DNA of 64,000 bases from Eledone cirrhosa (GCA_964016885.1 OZ024743.1:326368001-326432000), one strand, 5' to 3'; shown: positions 26,801 through 40,140, counted from the stretch's first letter. Translations and numbers: made by a program. The notes: generated by a model not told the origin, from the sequence alone.

Positions 26801-29800
26801 GTGGTGGTTGTGGTGTTGGTGAAGGTAGTCGTGGTGGTTGTGGTGTTGGTGATGGTAGTGGCGGTGGTGTGGTGTTGGTAATGGTAGTGATGGTGGTTGA
26901 GGTGTTGGTGAAGGTAGTGGTGGTGGTTGTGGTGTTGGTGAAGGTAGTCGTGGTGGTTGTGGTGTTGGTGAATGGTAGTGGCGGTGGTTGTGGTGTTGGT
27001 GTTGTAGTGGTGGTGGTGGTTGTGGTGTTGGTGTGGTAGTGGTGGTGGTTGTGGTGTTGGTAGTGTGGTGGTGGTGATGGTGTGGTGGTAGTGGTGGGTG
27101 TGTTGTGGTGATGGTAGTGGCTGGTGGTTGTGGTGGTGGTAGTGGTGGTGGTTGTGGTGTTGGTGATGGTAGTGTTGGTTGTGGTGTTGGTGATGGTAGT
27201 GATGGTAGTGGTGGTGGTTGTGTGTTGGTGATGGTAGTGATGGTGGTGTGGTGTTGTGAAGGAGTGGTGGTTGTGGTGTTGGGATGGTAGTGGTGGTGGT
27301 TGTGGTGTTGGTGATGGTAGTGGTGGTGGTGGTGGTGGTGTTGGTAGTGATGGTGGTTGTGGTGTTGGTGATGGTGTGTGGTGTTGATGGTGGTTGTGGT
27401 GGTGGTTGTGATGGTGGTTGTGGTTGTGGTGAAGGTGTGTGGTGGTAGTGGTGTGGATGGTGTGGTGGTGGTTGTGGTGTTGGTGAAAGTCGGTGGTGGT
27501 TGTGGTGTTGGTGATGGTAGTGGTGGTGGTTGTGGTGTGGTGATGGTAGTGGTGGTGGTTGTGGTGTTGGTGAAGGTAGTCGTGGTGGTTGTGGTGTTGG
27601 TGATGGTAGTGGTGGTGGTTGTGGTGTTGGTGATGGTAGTGGTGGTTGTGGTTGTGGTGTTGGTGAAGGTAGTCGTGGTGGTTGTGGTGTTGGTGAGGTT
27701 TAGTGGGTGGTGGTTGTGGTGTGGTGATGGGTAGTCGGCGGTGGTTGTGGTGTTGGTGATGGTAGTGGTGGTGGTTGTGGTGTTGGTGAAGGTAGTCGTG
27801 GTGGTTGTGGTGTTGGTGATGGTAGTGGTGGTGGTTGTGGTGTTGGTGATGGTAGTGGTGGTGGTTGTGGTGTTGGTGAAGGTAGTGGCGGTGGGTTGTG
27901 GTGTTGGTGATGGTAGTGGTGGTGGTTGTGGTGTTGTGATGGTAGTGGTGATGGTAGTGCGTGTTGTGTGATGGTATGGTGAGTGGTTGTGGTGTTGGTG
28001 AGGTAGTGGTGGTGGTTGTGGTGTGGTGATGGTAGTGGGTGGTGGTTGGTGTGGTGGTGATGGTAGTGGTGGTGGTGTGGTGTTGAGTGATGGTAGTTGG
28101 TGAGGTGGTTGGTGGAGGTAGTTGGTGTGTGTGTTGGTGATGGTAGTGGTGGTGGTTTGTGGTGTTGGTGAAGGTAGTGGTGGTGATTGTGGTGTTGGTG
28201 AAGGTAGTCGTGGTGGTTGTGGTGTGGTGATGGTAGTGGTGGTGGTTGTGGTGTTGGTGATGGTAATGGTGGTGGTTGAGGTGTTGGTGAAGGTAGTCGT
28301 GGTGGTTGTGGTGGTGGTAGTGGTGTTGGTTGTTGGTGATGGTAGTGGTAGTGGTTGGTGGTTGTGGTAGGTTGGTGATGGTAGGTGGTGGTTGTGGTGT
28401 TGGTGATGGTGAGTAGTGGTGGTTGTTTGTGGTGTTGTGGATGGTTGTGGTGGTGGCTTGAATGGTGAGGTGGTTGTGGTGTTTGGTGTTGATGAAGGTA
28501 GTGGTTGGTGGTATGTGGTGGTTGGTGATGGTATAGGTATGTCGGTGGTTGTGGTGTTGGTGATGGTAGTGGCGGTGGTTGTGGTGTTGGTGATGGTAGT
28601 GGCGGTGGTTTGTGGTGTTGGTGATGGTAGTGGTGGTGGTTGTGGTGTTGGTGATGGTAGTGGCTGGTGGTTGTGGTGTTGGTGATGGTAGTGGTGGTGG
28701 TTGTGGTGTTGGTGATGGTAGTGGCTGGTGGTTGTGGTGTTGGTGATGGTAGTGGTGGTGGTTGTGGTGTTGGTGATGGTAGTGGTGGTGGTTGTTGGTG
28801 ATGGTGATGGTAGTGGTCGGTGGTTGTGGTGTTGGTGATGGTAGTGGTGGTGTTGTGGTGTTGGTGATGGTGTGGCTGGTGGTTGTGGTGTTGGTGATGG
28901 TAGTGGCGGTGGTTGTGGTGTTGGTGAGGGGGTGGTGGTTGTGGTGTGGTGATGGTAGATGGTGCGTGGTTGTGGTGTTGGTGATGGTAAGTGGCGGTGG
29001 TTGTGGTGTTGGTGATGGTAGTGGTGGTGGTTGTGGTGTTGGTGATGGTAGTGGCGGTGGTTGTGGTGTTGGTGATGGTAGTGGTGGTGTGTGGTTGTGA
29101 TGGTAGTGGCGGTGGTTGTGGTGTTGTGTGATGGTAGATGGTGTGGTGGTTGTGGTGTTGGTGATGGTAGTGGAGTGGTTGTGGTGTTGGTGATTGGTGA
29201 GTGGTGGTGTGGTGTTGGTGAGTGTTGGTGATGGTAGTGGTGGTGTTGGTGATGGTAGTGGTGGTGTGGTGTTGGTGTTGGATGGTGGTGGTGGTTGTGG
29301 TGTTGGTGATGGTAGTGTGGTGGTTGTGGTGTTGGTGATGGTAGTGGTGGTGGTTGTGGTGTTGGTGATGGTAGTGGCTGGTGGTTGTGGTGTTGGTGAT
29401 GGTAGTGGTGGTGGTTGTGGTGTTGGTGATGGTAGTGGCGGTGGTTGGGTGTTGGTGATGGTAGTGGTGGTGGTTGTGGTGGTTGGTGATGGTAGTGGTG
29501 GTGGTTGTGGTGTTGGTGATGGTAGTGGTGGTGGTTGTGGTGTTGGTGATGGTAAGTGGTGGTGGTTGAGGTGTTGGTGATGGTAGTCGGTGGTGGTTGT
29601 GGTGTTGGTGATGGTAGTGGTGGTGGTTGTGGTGTTGGTGATGGTAGTGGTGGTGGTTGTGGTGTTGGTGGTGGTAGTGGTGGTGGTTGTGGTAGTGTTG
29701 GTAGGTTGGTGGTGGTTAGGTGATGTAGTGTTGGTGGTGGTAGTGGTGGTGGTAGTGTGGTGGTTGGTGAGTGTGTGGTGAGGTGGTAGTGGTGGTGGTT

Positions 29801-30510
29801 GTGGTGTTGTGATGGTAGTGGGTGGTTGTGGTGTTGGTGATGGTAGTGGTGGTGGTTGTTGGTGTTGGTGATGGTAGTGGCGGTGGTTGTGGTGTTGGTG
29901 ATGGTAGTCGTGGTGGTTGTGGTGTTGGTGATGGTAGTGGCGGTGGTTGTGGTGTTGGTGATGGTAGTGGTGGTTGTGTTGTGGTGTTGGTGATGGTAGT
30001 GGTGGTGGTTGTGGTGTTGGTGATGGTAGTGGTTGGTGGTTGGTGTTGGTGATGGTAGTGGTGTGTTGGTTGTTGGATGATGGTGAAGGTAGTCGTTGGT
30101 TGGTTCGTGGTGTTGGTGTGGTGATGGGGCGGTGGTTGTGGTGTTGGTGAAGGTAGTCGTGGTGGTTGTGGTGTTGGTGATGGTAGTGGCGGTGGTTGTG
30201 GTGTTGGTGATGGTAGTGGTGGTGGTTTTGGTGATGGTAGTGGCGGTGGTTGTGGTGTTGGTGTTGGTGATGGTAGTCGTGGTGGTTGTGGTGTTGGTGA
30301 TGGTAGTGGTGGTGGTTGTAGTGATGGTGATGGTAGTGGTGGTGGTTTTGTGTTGGTAATGGTAGTGGCGGTGGTTGTGGTGTTGGTGATGGTAGTCGTG
30401 GTGGTTTTGGTGTTGGTGTTGGTAATGGTAGTGATGGTGGTTGTGTATGTCGTGGTTGGTGATGGTTGGTGGTGGTTGGCTGGTTTGATGTAGTTAATGG
30501 TGGTTGAAGG
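23843..30510. repeat. Satellite with a ~30-bp unit GGTGATGGTAGTGGTGGTGGTTGTGGTGTT, more degenerate after ~27 kb
   Basis: Directly visible ~6.7-kb tandem array; it produces the spurious GDGSGGGCGV and poly-Val ORFs. Confidence 0.96.
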
Positions 30511-30792
30511 TGGGGGAGGTGATTGTGAGTAGGTTGACTTGATGATATATGTTGCTATCAGTATATTTTGATCAATATATGTCTCATTAGACTTGCAGTG
30601 TGATACTGATATGTATTTATAAGAGCTGGCCTCTGGTCATAACACACGGGATTAAAATCACTAATACTCTTACTAACGATATGGGTATGTATGTCGTATA
30701 TATATGTCTGGATATATATATGTACAGCCTTCTAAGGGCTATTCTCGGATCTGATCAGAAGTAGTGACCAGACTGACTAACCACGTCACTAC

Positions 30793-30825
<33 letters not shown>

Positions 30826-30862
30826 TGTATGTATGTATGTATGTATGTATGTATGTATGTAT

Positions 30863-33800
30863 GTTCTTCTGGTTTTATTATTTCACAAAGTTTTACCAAT
30901 GGAGAGAGAGTCGGTTTCTAACATAGACACAAGACTCTCTCGTTGGAATTTACACAACATCAACTAGGTAGATATGTATGTATGTCTGCATGCATGCATG
31001 TGTAGATATGGATGTTATTGTATGTGTGGATGTGTATGTTTTGAGTTGTATGTGTGCATGTGTATATGCTTTGTATCTGTACATGTGTATATGCAGTTAT
31101 TAGATGCAAAATTTTGGAATGTTTTACATAATTTTAGTTTCATTAATGGATTGTACTTGTAATTTCCTAACTAGTTGTGTTCTATCTGTTCCTGTGAAGC
31201 CTAGCTTCTCAAGATTTGTATTGAGGCAGTTACTAACATATCCCAGTGTCCCAATAATCACAGGAATAAATCTGAAGATGTAATCAGGGTGGAGTATCTG
31301 AAGATTTCTCATCAGTTCTGCATAAATATTCTCCTTTTCACTAATCTTTGATACTATATTGGCATCTGCTGGGCAGCTAATTTCCACTATTGTGCAAGTT
31401 TTCTTCTCCCTGTCCCATATCATAATATCTGGTCTGTTATGCCTGCATTTTATTGGGGTTTTTACTGGAAAATTCCACCAGTACTCTTTCATATTATGTA
31501 CATGGATGTCTTCCACATTGTTGTAGCTTTTAATGTGTTTATTATCAGGGCTATCTTTTTTACGAACTGCATTGTACAGTGTTTTGGCCACTACATCATG
31601 CCTCATAGGTAGATAGTACCGCGATGACATCTTTGGGCTGCTGATGACATGGGTGATATCCTCGATGTCAGTTCTGCAGAGTCTGCACTTGTTATCACAT
31701 CTAGGTGTTTTGCCTACATCCCTATCTCTTTTTGTGAATCAGGTATTTCGTGTTAATCTCCTGTTCTTGGATTGCAAAAGCGTATCCTTCAAAGTGGGAG
31801 CCAATATAGCGGTTGTTGGTCCAAGATAGACTACTTTCCTTATCTATATTACTCTCACTCTGGAGCTTCCTGGCAACATATCCATGCATGATTTTTTTGC
31901 TGATAGGCATGCAGTTTTTCATCCATGGATTCACTGCGATACTGCTGAGCGACATCCCTGGGTGTGAGTTTTTGATTATCACACAGGGAATATCTCTCAA
32001 TAAGTTCCTTCCCAACTCTCATGCAGATAGACTTGCTCGAGAAGCAGGCTCCTACGCTTTGAGGTTCGTAGATGTTGTCGGAGAGATATGATGCGACATT
32101 CAAATGTTGTCTGGACTGATGTTAGGCCTCTGCCTCCCTGCTTACGTTTTCAAGTAAAGGCGGTCTATGTCACTGTTGATGTGGAAGTTTCCGGTGTTGT
32201 TCAGTATTTTTCGAGTTCCAACATCAACTGCTCGGATTTCGTCTATCGTCCAATTGAGTATTCCAAATGTTGGTGTTAGGACAGGCACAGCAAACACATT
32301 GTGAGCCATTGTTTTGTTTTGTACAGAGAGTTCCGATGACCAGATCTTTCTTAATCGGGTGTAGTATTCCCTGGTTACGCGTTCTTTATTACAGATACCA
32401 TTATAGGATATGTTGTCATCTATCCCCAGGTATCTGTAGCAGTCCTCATCAGATATCGGTGAAACAGTTAGACCATTGATGACAATGTTGCTAGATTGGG
32501 TTGTTGTTTTTCCCCGCTTTACTGTCATGTGTGAGCATTTATCTTGGCCAAACTTCATTCCTATATCCTTTGAGAACGTTGTAACCAGGTCAAAATTTTT
32601 CTTCATCCCATCCATGTTCTTGGCATAGAGTTTCAGATCGTCCACAAAGAAGTTATGGTTGGGTTCGTATTTCTGTCCTCCTGTGAGCCAATGATGTATC
32701 CCTCACATTTCTTGAGCAGAAAGGACAAGGGGTTTAATGACAAGATGAACAATATCATAGAGAGACTGTCCCCCTGAAATATACCCCTGCAATATATTAT
32801 TTTATCAGTGAAAATAGAGTCCTCCATCTCTGTCTTTAACCTTGGGATAGTAGCCCAAGAAGACAGCCTCTCTATGGCTCTGACAATAATGTCTGGGACT
32901 TTAGCAAGTTGGAGGGCCTCTATCATCCAAGAGTGGGGAACAGAATCGAAAGCTTTCCTGTAGTCCAGCCAGACTGTAGTCATATTCCTCCTAAGTTGTA
33001 GCACCTCCGACATCGCAGTTTTGTTGATTAGGAGTTGTTCAGCACATCCCAAACCCCTTTCTTTCCAGCTGCTTGTTCATCTGTGATGATGTTATTATTT
33101 TTACAGTGATCTTGGAGGAATAGGTTCAGGCGGGCTATATACATCTTATACATCAGGTTCTGGCATGCAATGGGTCCGGTAGTATTTTGCCAAGTGGGTG
33201 TCTTTGTTCTTGGGGACCAGTAACGTTTGTGCTAATGTCAACCATTCTGGTATAAGTGTATCTCCCTTAAGAACTTGTTGGTAGAGGTCAGTAAGATACC
33301 TCCGATAGAATATTAGTTTTTTGTACCAGTAGCCGACAATCATATCTCTTCCTGGTGTTTTCTTATCTTGGAGTTTTCCTATCACAGTCTCAAGGGTACC
33401 CTCACTTATTTCGTATGTTTTTGTTGTAGTGTAGGAGCAATAGTTCTTTCGGATTTCTCTTAGCCACACTGCATCTTGGTTGAAATTCTTCTTTTCACCC
33501 CATATTTTTCTCCAAAAGGAATCTATGTCTTTCTGGGATGGGGCCTCAGTGACACATATTATTTTGCCCTTCATTATCTCTATAGACTGATGTTTGGTTT
33601 CGTCTGAATCTTTTATTAAGCACTTTTCTCTCCTCTACCTTCTTCAGGTATCGGCGTTTTTCGCTAACAGCTCTCAATTCTTGTTTGAGGGTGATCAGCT
33701 TATATTGGAGAGTTCTGGTTCTACTGTTACCAAACATCGTCGCTATTTTATTTTTCACTCTTTGTTGGTGAGGAGTGAGGTTTTTTTGTGTTTGTTTGCA

Positions 33801-33924
33801 TGTAAGGAGCATTATCACATGTCCTATGTTTTTTTCGTAGGTCAGCACTCTTTTTTTCTATTTTAGTTATATATGATGGTATTTTTGGTGGTGTTTTGTT
33901 CTTGTTAATATCTCTGCTATCACC
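30863..33924 (-). mobile_element. 5'-truncated R4/Dong-clade non-LTR retrotransposon (RT + CCHC zinc knuckle + restriction-like endonuclease), frameshifted
   Basis: WLDYRKAFDSVPH, GIFQGDSLS, FVDDLKLY, AIQEQEI.T, RHD, RHNRPDI...IVEISCP. (TATG)n arrays on both sides. Confidence 0.9.
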
Positions 33925-34115
33925 ATGTATGTATGTATGTATGTATGTATGTATGTATGTATGTATGTATGTATGTATGTATGTATGTATGTATGTATGT
34001 ATGTATGTATGTATGTATGTATGTATTTATGTATTGTATGTATGTATGTATGTATGTATATGTGTGTGTGTATGTGTGTGTGTCTGTATTATTTATACAT
34101 GTATATATATATTAT

Positions 34116-34790
34116 ATATTGTTATACTTGGGGAGGGTCATATTTGTGTAGTATTGCCAGAATTAATAACAGAACACACTCACTGTTTGGTTGGTTTTCG
34201 CTTCTCGCTATCTTTTATATCTGCGATCTAAGTTAATCGGTCCTCAATGTTACCATTGACTGAGCGACGGTCAAAAATAATACAGATACAATATAGACAC
34301 AAACACATATATATAGTTTACATAATTTACATAAATCTTTCGTTGCACATCTGCAACATCGTCAGTGGTGTTATATTTTTTCCTCCTGTTGTGTTGTATG
34401 TCTACGCCATTTTTCTGAAAAAAAATGACGTAGAAAAAATGGCGTAGACATACAACACAACAGGAGGAAAAAATATAACACCACTGACGATGTTGCAGAT
34501 GTGCAACGAAAGATTTATGTAAATTATGTAAACTATATATATGTGTTTGTGTCTATATTGTATCTGTATTATTTTTGACCGTCGGTCAGTCAATGGCAAC
34601 ATTGAGGACCGATTAAGTTAGATCGCAGATATAAAAGACAGCGAGAAGCGAAAACCAACCAAACAGTGAGTGTGTTCTGTTATTAATTCTGGCAATACTA
34701 CACAAATATGACCCTCCCCAAGTATAACAATATTTGTTTCGACACACGATTTCATATAAAAAACCTCGCTAAACTAATTCATCGCCGCTA
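34116..34790. mobile_element. Inverted duplication of the Penelope family B 3' end, with two hammerhead-like cores (~34315-34370 on -, ~34478-34535 on +)
   Basis: ~300-bp near-perfect arms with an axis at ~34410-34440; homologous to 50200-50540, 39010-39295 and 59080-59370. Confidence 0.85.
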
Positions 34791-34896
34791 TATTTATATA
34801 CATATATATATATATATACACACATATATACATAGATATACATATATACATATATATACACATATACATATATGTATACATATATATATATGTATG

Positions 34897-34983
<87 letters not shown>

Positions 34984-35035
34984 TATATACATATATATAT
35001 ATTATTATTATGTAATAAACAATATAAGGCAATTA

Positions 35036-35095
35036 TTCCATTTACCAGTGGTTTCTTAAAAGCAAAAGGTTTTGCTTTCAATCCTCAGAATGAAA
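35036..35095 (-). ncRNA. Type I hammerhead ribozyme in a Penelope family A 3'-end copy
   Basis: TTTCATT-CTGAGGA-TTGAAAGCAAAAccTTTTGCTTTTAA-GAAA-CCACTGG-TA-AATGGAA. Confidence 0.8.
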
Positions 35096-35371
35096 AAATC
35101 CTGGTTTGTTTATTGAATTTGGATTTTAAAAACAAAAATGCAATCTATATGAAAGTGAGGCTGGAGAAGGTAGAAGGAAAGGAAAAATAAAATAAAACTA
35201 CACATGCAAACACACACACAAAAAAACACAAAAGCATACTTACACACACATACATATATACATATATATAAATGTACGCATACATATATACATATACACA
35301 TATATATATATATAAAACGTACACCTACACACACATACACATATATACACACATATACACATACATACATT

Positions 35372-35415
<44 letters not shown>

Positions 35416-35453
35416 CACACACACACACACATACACACACACATATATATATA

Positions 35454-35486
<33 letters not shown>

Positions 35487-35490
<4 letters not shown>

Positions 35491-36307
35491 GCGTCACTGA
35501 TGAAGGACTTACTTTTTCATATGCACCACCATTTGCAACGCGCAGCCATCATTATTATCATATTTACACATAATTTTTCTTCTGCTGCCACCCGTCTGTT
35601 TCGTTCTTTGTACCTTTACCCTTTCTCGTTCTTTGTACCTTTTACCCTTTCTAGCAGTCTCTCTCTCTGTTAGCCTCCTCCTCAACTTTCACTCACTCAT
35701 TCTCTGTCACTACCTCTCCTCCTCCTCTTTCCTCCTCCTCCTTCAAGTTTGACCTGTGTGTAATTCTTTTCTCGCGCGGTCTTGGTCAAGCTGGTATGGA
35801 ATTTTTTTCTCTCTCTCTCTTTCGTCTGCGACTTCACAAAACTTATGTTTACCGAATTCGTAGACCAGACCCCTTCTTCTTCTTCTTCTTCTTCTTCTTC
35901 TTCTTCTTCTTCTTCTTCTTCTTCTTCTTCTTCTTCTTCTTCTTCTTCTTCTTCTTCTTTTTTTCTTCCCCCCCGTTAGACCTGTGCGAAATTCCTTCCT
36001 TGCTCACATTTCAACCAGGTTTGATGGTCTTTTGTCTCTTGTTCACGATTTCCCCGAGTTTATATTCATAGAGATCTGGGACTTGTCTATTTCTTCTCAC
36101 TTTCCGTTGCTTAAACCATTTTGTTTGTTACCCTAACGTCCCCTTTATTTACGTGTCCCAACGACTTTTTTTAGCCGTTGTTCGCACCAACCTGAGGCAT
36201 ATGGCCCTTAAAGCGATGAAATGCCTGGGACGGTTGGAGGGTCACTGATGAAGGACTTACTTTTTCATATGCACCACCATTTGCAACGCGCAGCCATCAT
36301 TATTATC

Positions 36308-36311
<4 letters not shown>
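35487..36311 (+). mobile_element. Non-coding element with ~75-bp terminal direct repeats, bounded by (TA)n, with an internal (TTC)n at 35873-35958
   Basis: TTGGAG.GTCACTGATGAAGGAC...CATCATTATTATCATAT at 35487-35562 and 36234-36311. Confidence 0.7.
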
Positions 36312-36354
<43 letters not shown>

Positions 36355-36766
36355 CACACACATACACATGTGTGTGTACAAGCATACACATACACAAACA
36401 TAGCCATACACACACACATATATATACACATACATACATTCACACAAACACACAACGTACATACATACACATACATGAATGCACTCCTCTACATATTCAC
36501 ACACGCAAATAAATATAAGAAAAAAATATATAAATATATATTAAAAAAATTTTGACACCGATACATGCCCCAGCTAACAGGACAGACACGCGTGGTAAGT
36601 AATACACACAAAAGCACGTATACATACGTACGAAATAGTAAACACATACACACACTCTCACACATAAATATACATATACAAATACATAAACACGTACATA
36701 CACATACATACACAAACACGCACACGTATATAATATAAACACACACATGTATATGTAATTATATAT

Positions 36767-36847
<81 letters not shown>

Positions 36848-36949
36848 TATACACACATACACGTACACATACACATATGCATACACATACACACACACAT
36901 ATACATGTGTGTATGTGTAAAGCTCAGTATTAGATAAGACAAATGAACC

Positions 36950-37178
36950 TTACATAAACGTATATATAGTAGTAAAGTAATAAAGCAACATAAGGCAATT
37001 AATCCATTCACCAGAGGTTTCTTAAAAGCAAAAAATGTTTCCTTCAATCTTCAGAATGAAAAAAATGAAAAAACCGGGTTTATCCACATATACATACATA
37101 TACACACACAAATATACAATTATATACACACATACACACACGCACACACACATATATATATATATATACACATATATA

Positions 37179-37226
<48 letters not shown>

Positions 37227-38682
37227 TATATACACACAAAAATACATACACATACACATAGGTATGTGAAGGGCAAAACAAAAAGAATATATGGGGGGGG
37301 GGGGCATAAGAGAAGGTAAAATATAAGGGGAGGTAAGGGAGAAAAAAATGTTGTAAATATACAAGAGTACAGAAGGTAGAATCAGCAAAATAAAAACCGT
37401 AGCAAAAGTAAAGAGCAGAGAAGGAGTTCAAGGCGGTTGATTTCTCATAGGAGTGTCAATCCAGTTACTGATCAGATGCGATTTCAGATGAGGACAGCAT
37501 CTGAAGATCTCAGTCTTTGAGTTAAGGCAAGCGGAAGTGGCTCTCAAGTTCAGCAAAATCCTATACTTTTCTGTGGTACACAAAGAACAATTCTTTGTGC
37601 CCCTTTGGTACTCCCTCGAATGGTCTAATATAGACCAATCAATAGAGTACGGGATGTTACTATCCTTGAGATCCCATACCTTACTTGCGAGGGCCGTTGA
37701 TGTTCGTTTATCGGAGTGCTTAAAAGAAGCGACATGTGAGTAAAATCTGGTTTTAAACCTGTCCTGGGTCATACCGACATATCGCTCACTCCTGGCTGGC
37801 TGGTTGTTGATTACTTGCGTTATCTTAGCCTCATAAACGACAGATTTTGTGTTACATTTACCCTGCAATGGGCATTCATCCGGCTTCCTGCAACTGCATC
37901 CTGGATTTATCCTCGTACGGTTTGAACTGGTGATTTTGGACTTCATAGATGGGCAACAAGAGTAGCTGATCTTAACTACATTTCTATTAAAAATCTTATA
38001 ATATCTATGAATAGGAGGAAAATGTTTGTCTAATAGTTCAAGGAATTTCCTTCCTACATTAGTTTTGACAGTTAGAGAGAAGGGGGGTGTGAACCAAATA
38101 ATCTTCCTTTTCCTGTTATTATGGTTAGTATTAGGGGGGGGGGGAGTAGGTAAATAAGAATTTGTTTCTGTAAAACCGCTGTTCTTAAGGGCTTTATTAT
38201 AATAAGGGGCGGCTTTATTAAAAATGTCTATAGACGAAGATAAAGTAGAAATCCTACGGCTAATGTTAGGAATAAGATTATTAAAAACTATGGGGGGATG
38301 GCAAGACCCTTTGTGTATATACCTAAGATTTTCATTAGGTTTATGATAGGGTTTAAAAGAGGCAGTAAGTAGATCAAGATTAATATCAAGAAAGTTAGCA
38401 TTAGTAAGGTTCGTATCTATAGCAATTTTAAGGTTAAGATTAGCAAAAGTATTGATTAAATCTTTACGGAATTTATCAAGATTATGGCCGTTGGTGGTAT
38501 GAGAAACTGCTAATCCGTCATCACGGTATAAACCGATATTATGGGACGGAAATTTCTCTTTGAGTGTGTGGAGAAGGAATAATCCTACTAAGTCACACAC
38601 ATCCGCACTGTCATATGAACCCATTGCAACATCAAAAGAGTTTTCAGGGTTTGACTTTTTAACCCAAATATTATCATTATAT
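36950..38682 (-). mobile_element. Penelope-like element family A, 5'-truncated, with RT C-terminal half, GIY-YIG endonuclease (ORF to the stop at 37428) and 3' UTR
   Basis: FDVAMGSYDSA, YRDDGL, NFLDINLDL, YHKPN..L.YIH..S.HPP, IIWFTPPF, CSC...CPL.G.C....VVY, YVGMT...FKTRF..H, C.LC..EK. Confidence 0.93.
37003..37060 (-). ncRNA. Hammerhead motif of Penelope A (G at position 17, probably inactive)
   Basis: TTCATT-CTGAAGA-stem II-GAAA-CCTCTGG-TG-AATGGA; homologous to 35036-35095. Confidence 0.65.
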
Positions 38683-38696
38683 ATATACATATATAT

Positions 38697-39295
38697 ACGC
38701 AAATCAGAGAGGCCAGCGAAATAGAACTTAGAAGGCCAAGGCTAAACAGAAAAAATGAATGGAATAAGAACAACACCCAAACAAACAATACTGACCTAAG
38801 AGAAGTATAAATAAATAAATAAATACAAACACAAGCACAATAACAACAAACACATATAAACACACACTAGTAAACTAAGATAGAATACAATAACCAATAC
38901 ACAGTCACCCAAACACGAACACACATCAAACACTATACACACACGCAAACGCATGCGCAGAGAAGACAAAAAATAAATAAATAAATAAATAAATAAACAG
39001 ACTAAATAAAGATGGCGTAGGCATACAATACAACGGGAGGAAACATAATAGCACCACTGACGATGTTGCAGATGTGCAACGAAAGACCTTTGTTAGACTA
39101 TATATATGTGTTTGTGTCTATATTATATCTGTATTTTTGACCGTTGGTCAGTCAATGGCAACATTGACGACTGAATAAATTAAATTAACTGATATAAAAG
39201 ACACAGAAGCGAAAACCAACCAAACAGTGAGTGTGTTCTGTTATTAATTCTGGCAATATTATTACACAAATATGACCCTCCCCATGTATAACAAT
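38697..39295 (+). mobile_element. Penelope family B 3' end fragment, with a hammerhead-like core at 39048-39101
   Basis: QIREASEIELRRPRLNRKNEW tail plus a UTR matching 58735-59370. Confidence 0.85.
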
Positions 39296-39301
39296 ATATA
39301 C

Positions 39302-39371
<70 letters not shown>

Positions 39372-39448
39372 CGGAGGAAATGTGGTAAGGAACCAGGTGG
39401 ACCATAACGCACCAAAGTACTCAATACTTAGGGTAGTAGAGTGGGTAA

Positions 39449-39574
39449 TAGGAACGAGTAGGACTCCGACGGCTGAGCTCAAGCCGTTTCGACGGCTAAT
39501 TCTGGACTAAATTTAATCCAGAATTAGCCATCGAAACGGCTTGAGCTCAGCCGTCGGGGTTCTACTCGTTCCTA
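39449..39574. repeat. Fold-back palindrome containing the 3' half of a hammerhead; further copies at 39620-39694 and 49794-49907
   Basis: TAGGAACGAGTAG...GTTTCGACGGCTAATTCTGGACTAAA|TTTAATCCAGAATTAGCCATCGAAAC...CTACTCGTTCCTA. Confidence 0.85.
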
Positions 39575-39689
39575 TATATATATATATATATATGGTGGTG
39601 GAACACTGGAAGGTAAAGTTCTGGACTAATTTTAGTCCAGAATTAGCCGTCGAAACGGCTTGAGCTCAGCCGTCGGGGTCCTACTCGTT

Positions 39690-39746
<57 letters not shown>

Positions 39747-40033
39747 GTGGAACACTGGAAGGTAATATCCGTAGTGGTAGAGCACTCAGTCCAAGGGACG
39801 AGTTAGGTAGAAGTGGTTACACAACAGTTAGTTCACCATACTGAGAACAATTGTTTCACCTTAGCGGATGTATGTATGTATGTATGTATGTATGTATGTA
39901 TGTATGTATGTATGTATGTATGTGTGTCTGTATTATTTATACATGTATATATATATATTTATATACATATATATATACACATATATATACATAGATATAC
40001 ATATATACATATATATACATATATACATATATG

Positions 40034-40103
<70 letters not shown>

Positions 40104-40140
40104 TCTATATATATATATATACATACCTATATATATATAC

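Noticed and set aside
23843-30359. Gly-rich GDGSGGGCGV reading resembling a structural (cuticle, beak or shell) protein
   Set aside because: Every codon ends in T because of triplet-repeat origin, frameshifts are frequent, and there is no start, signal peptide or splice context.
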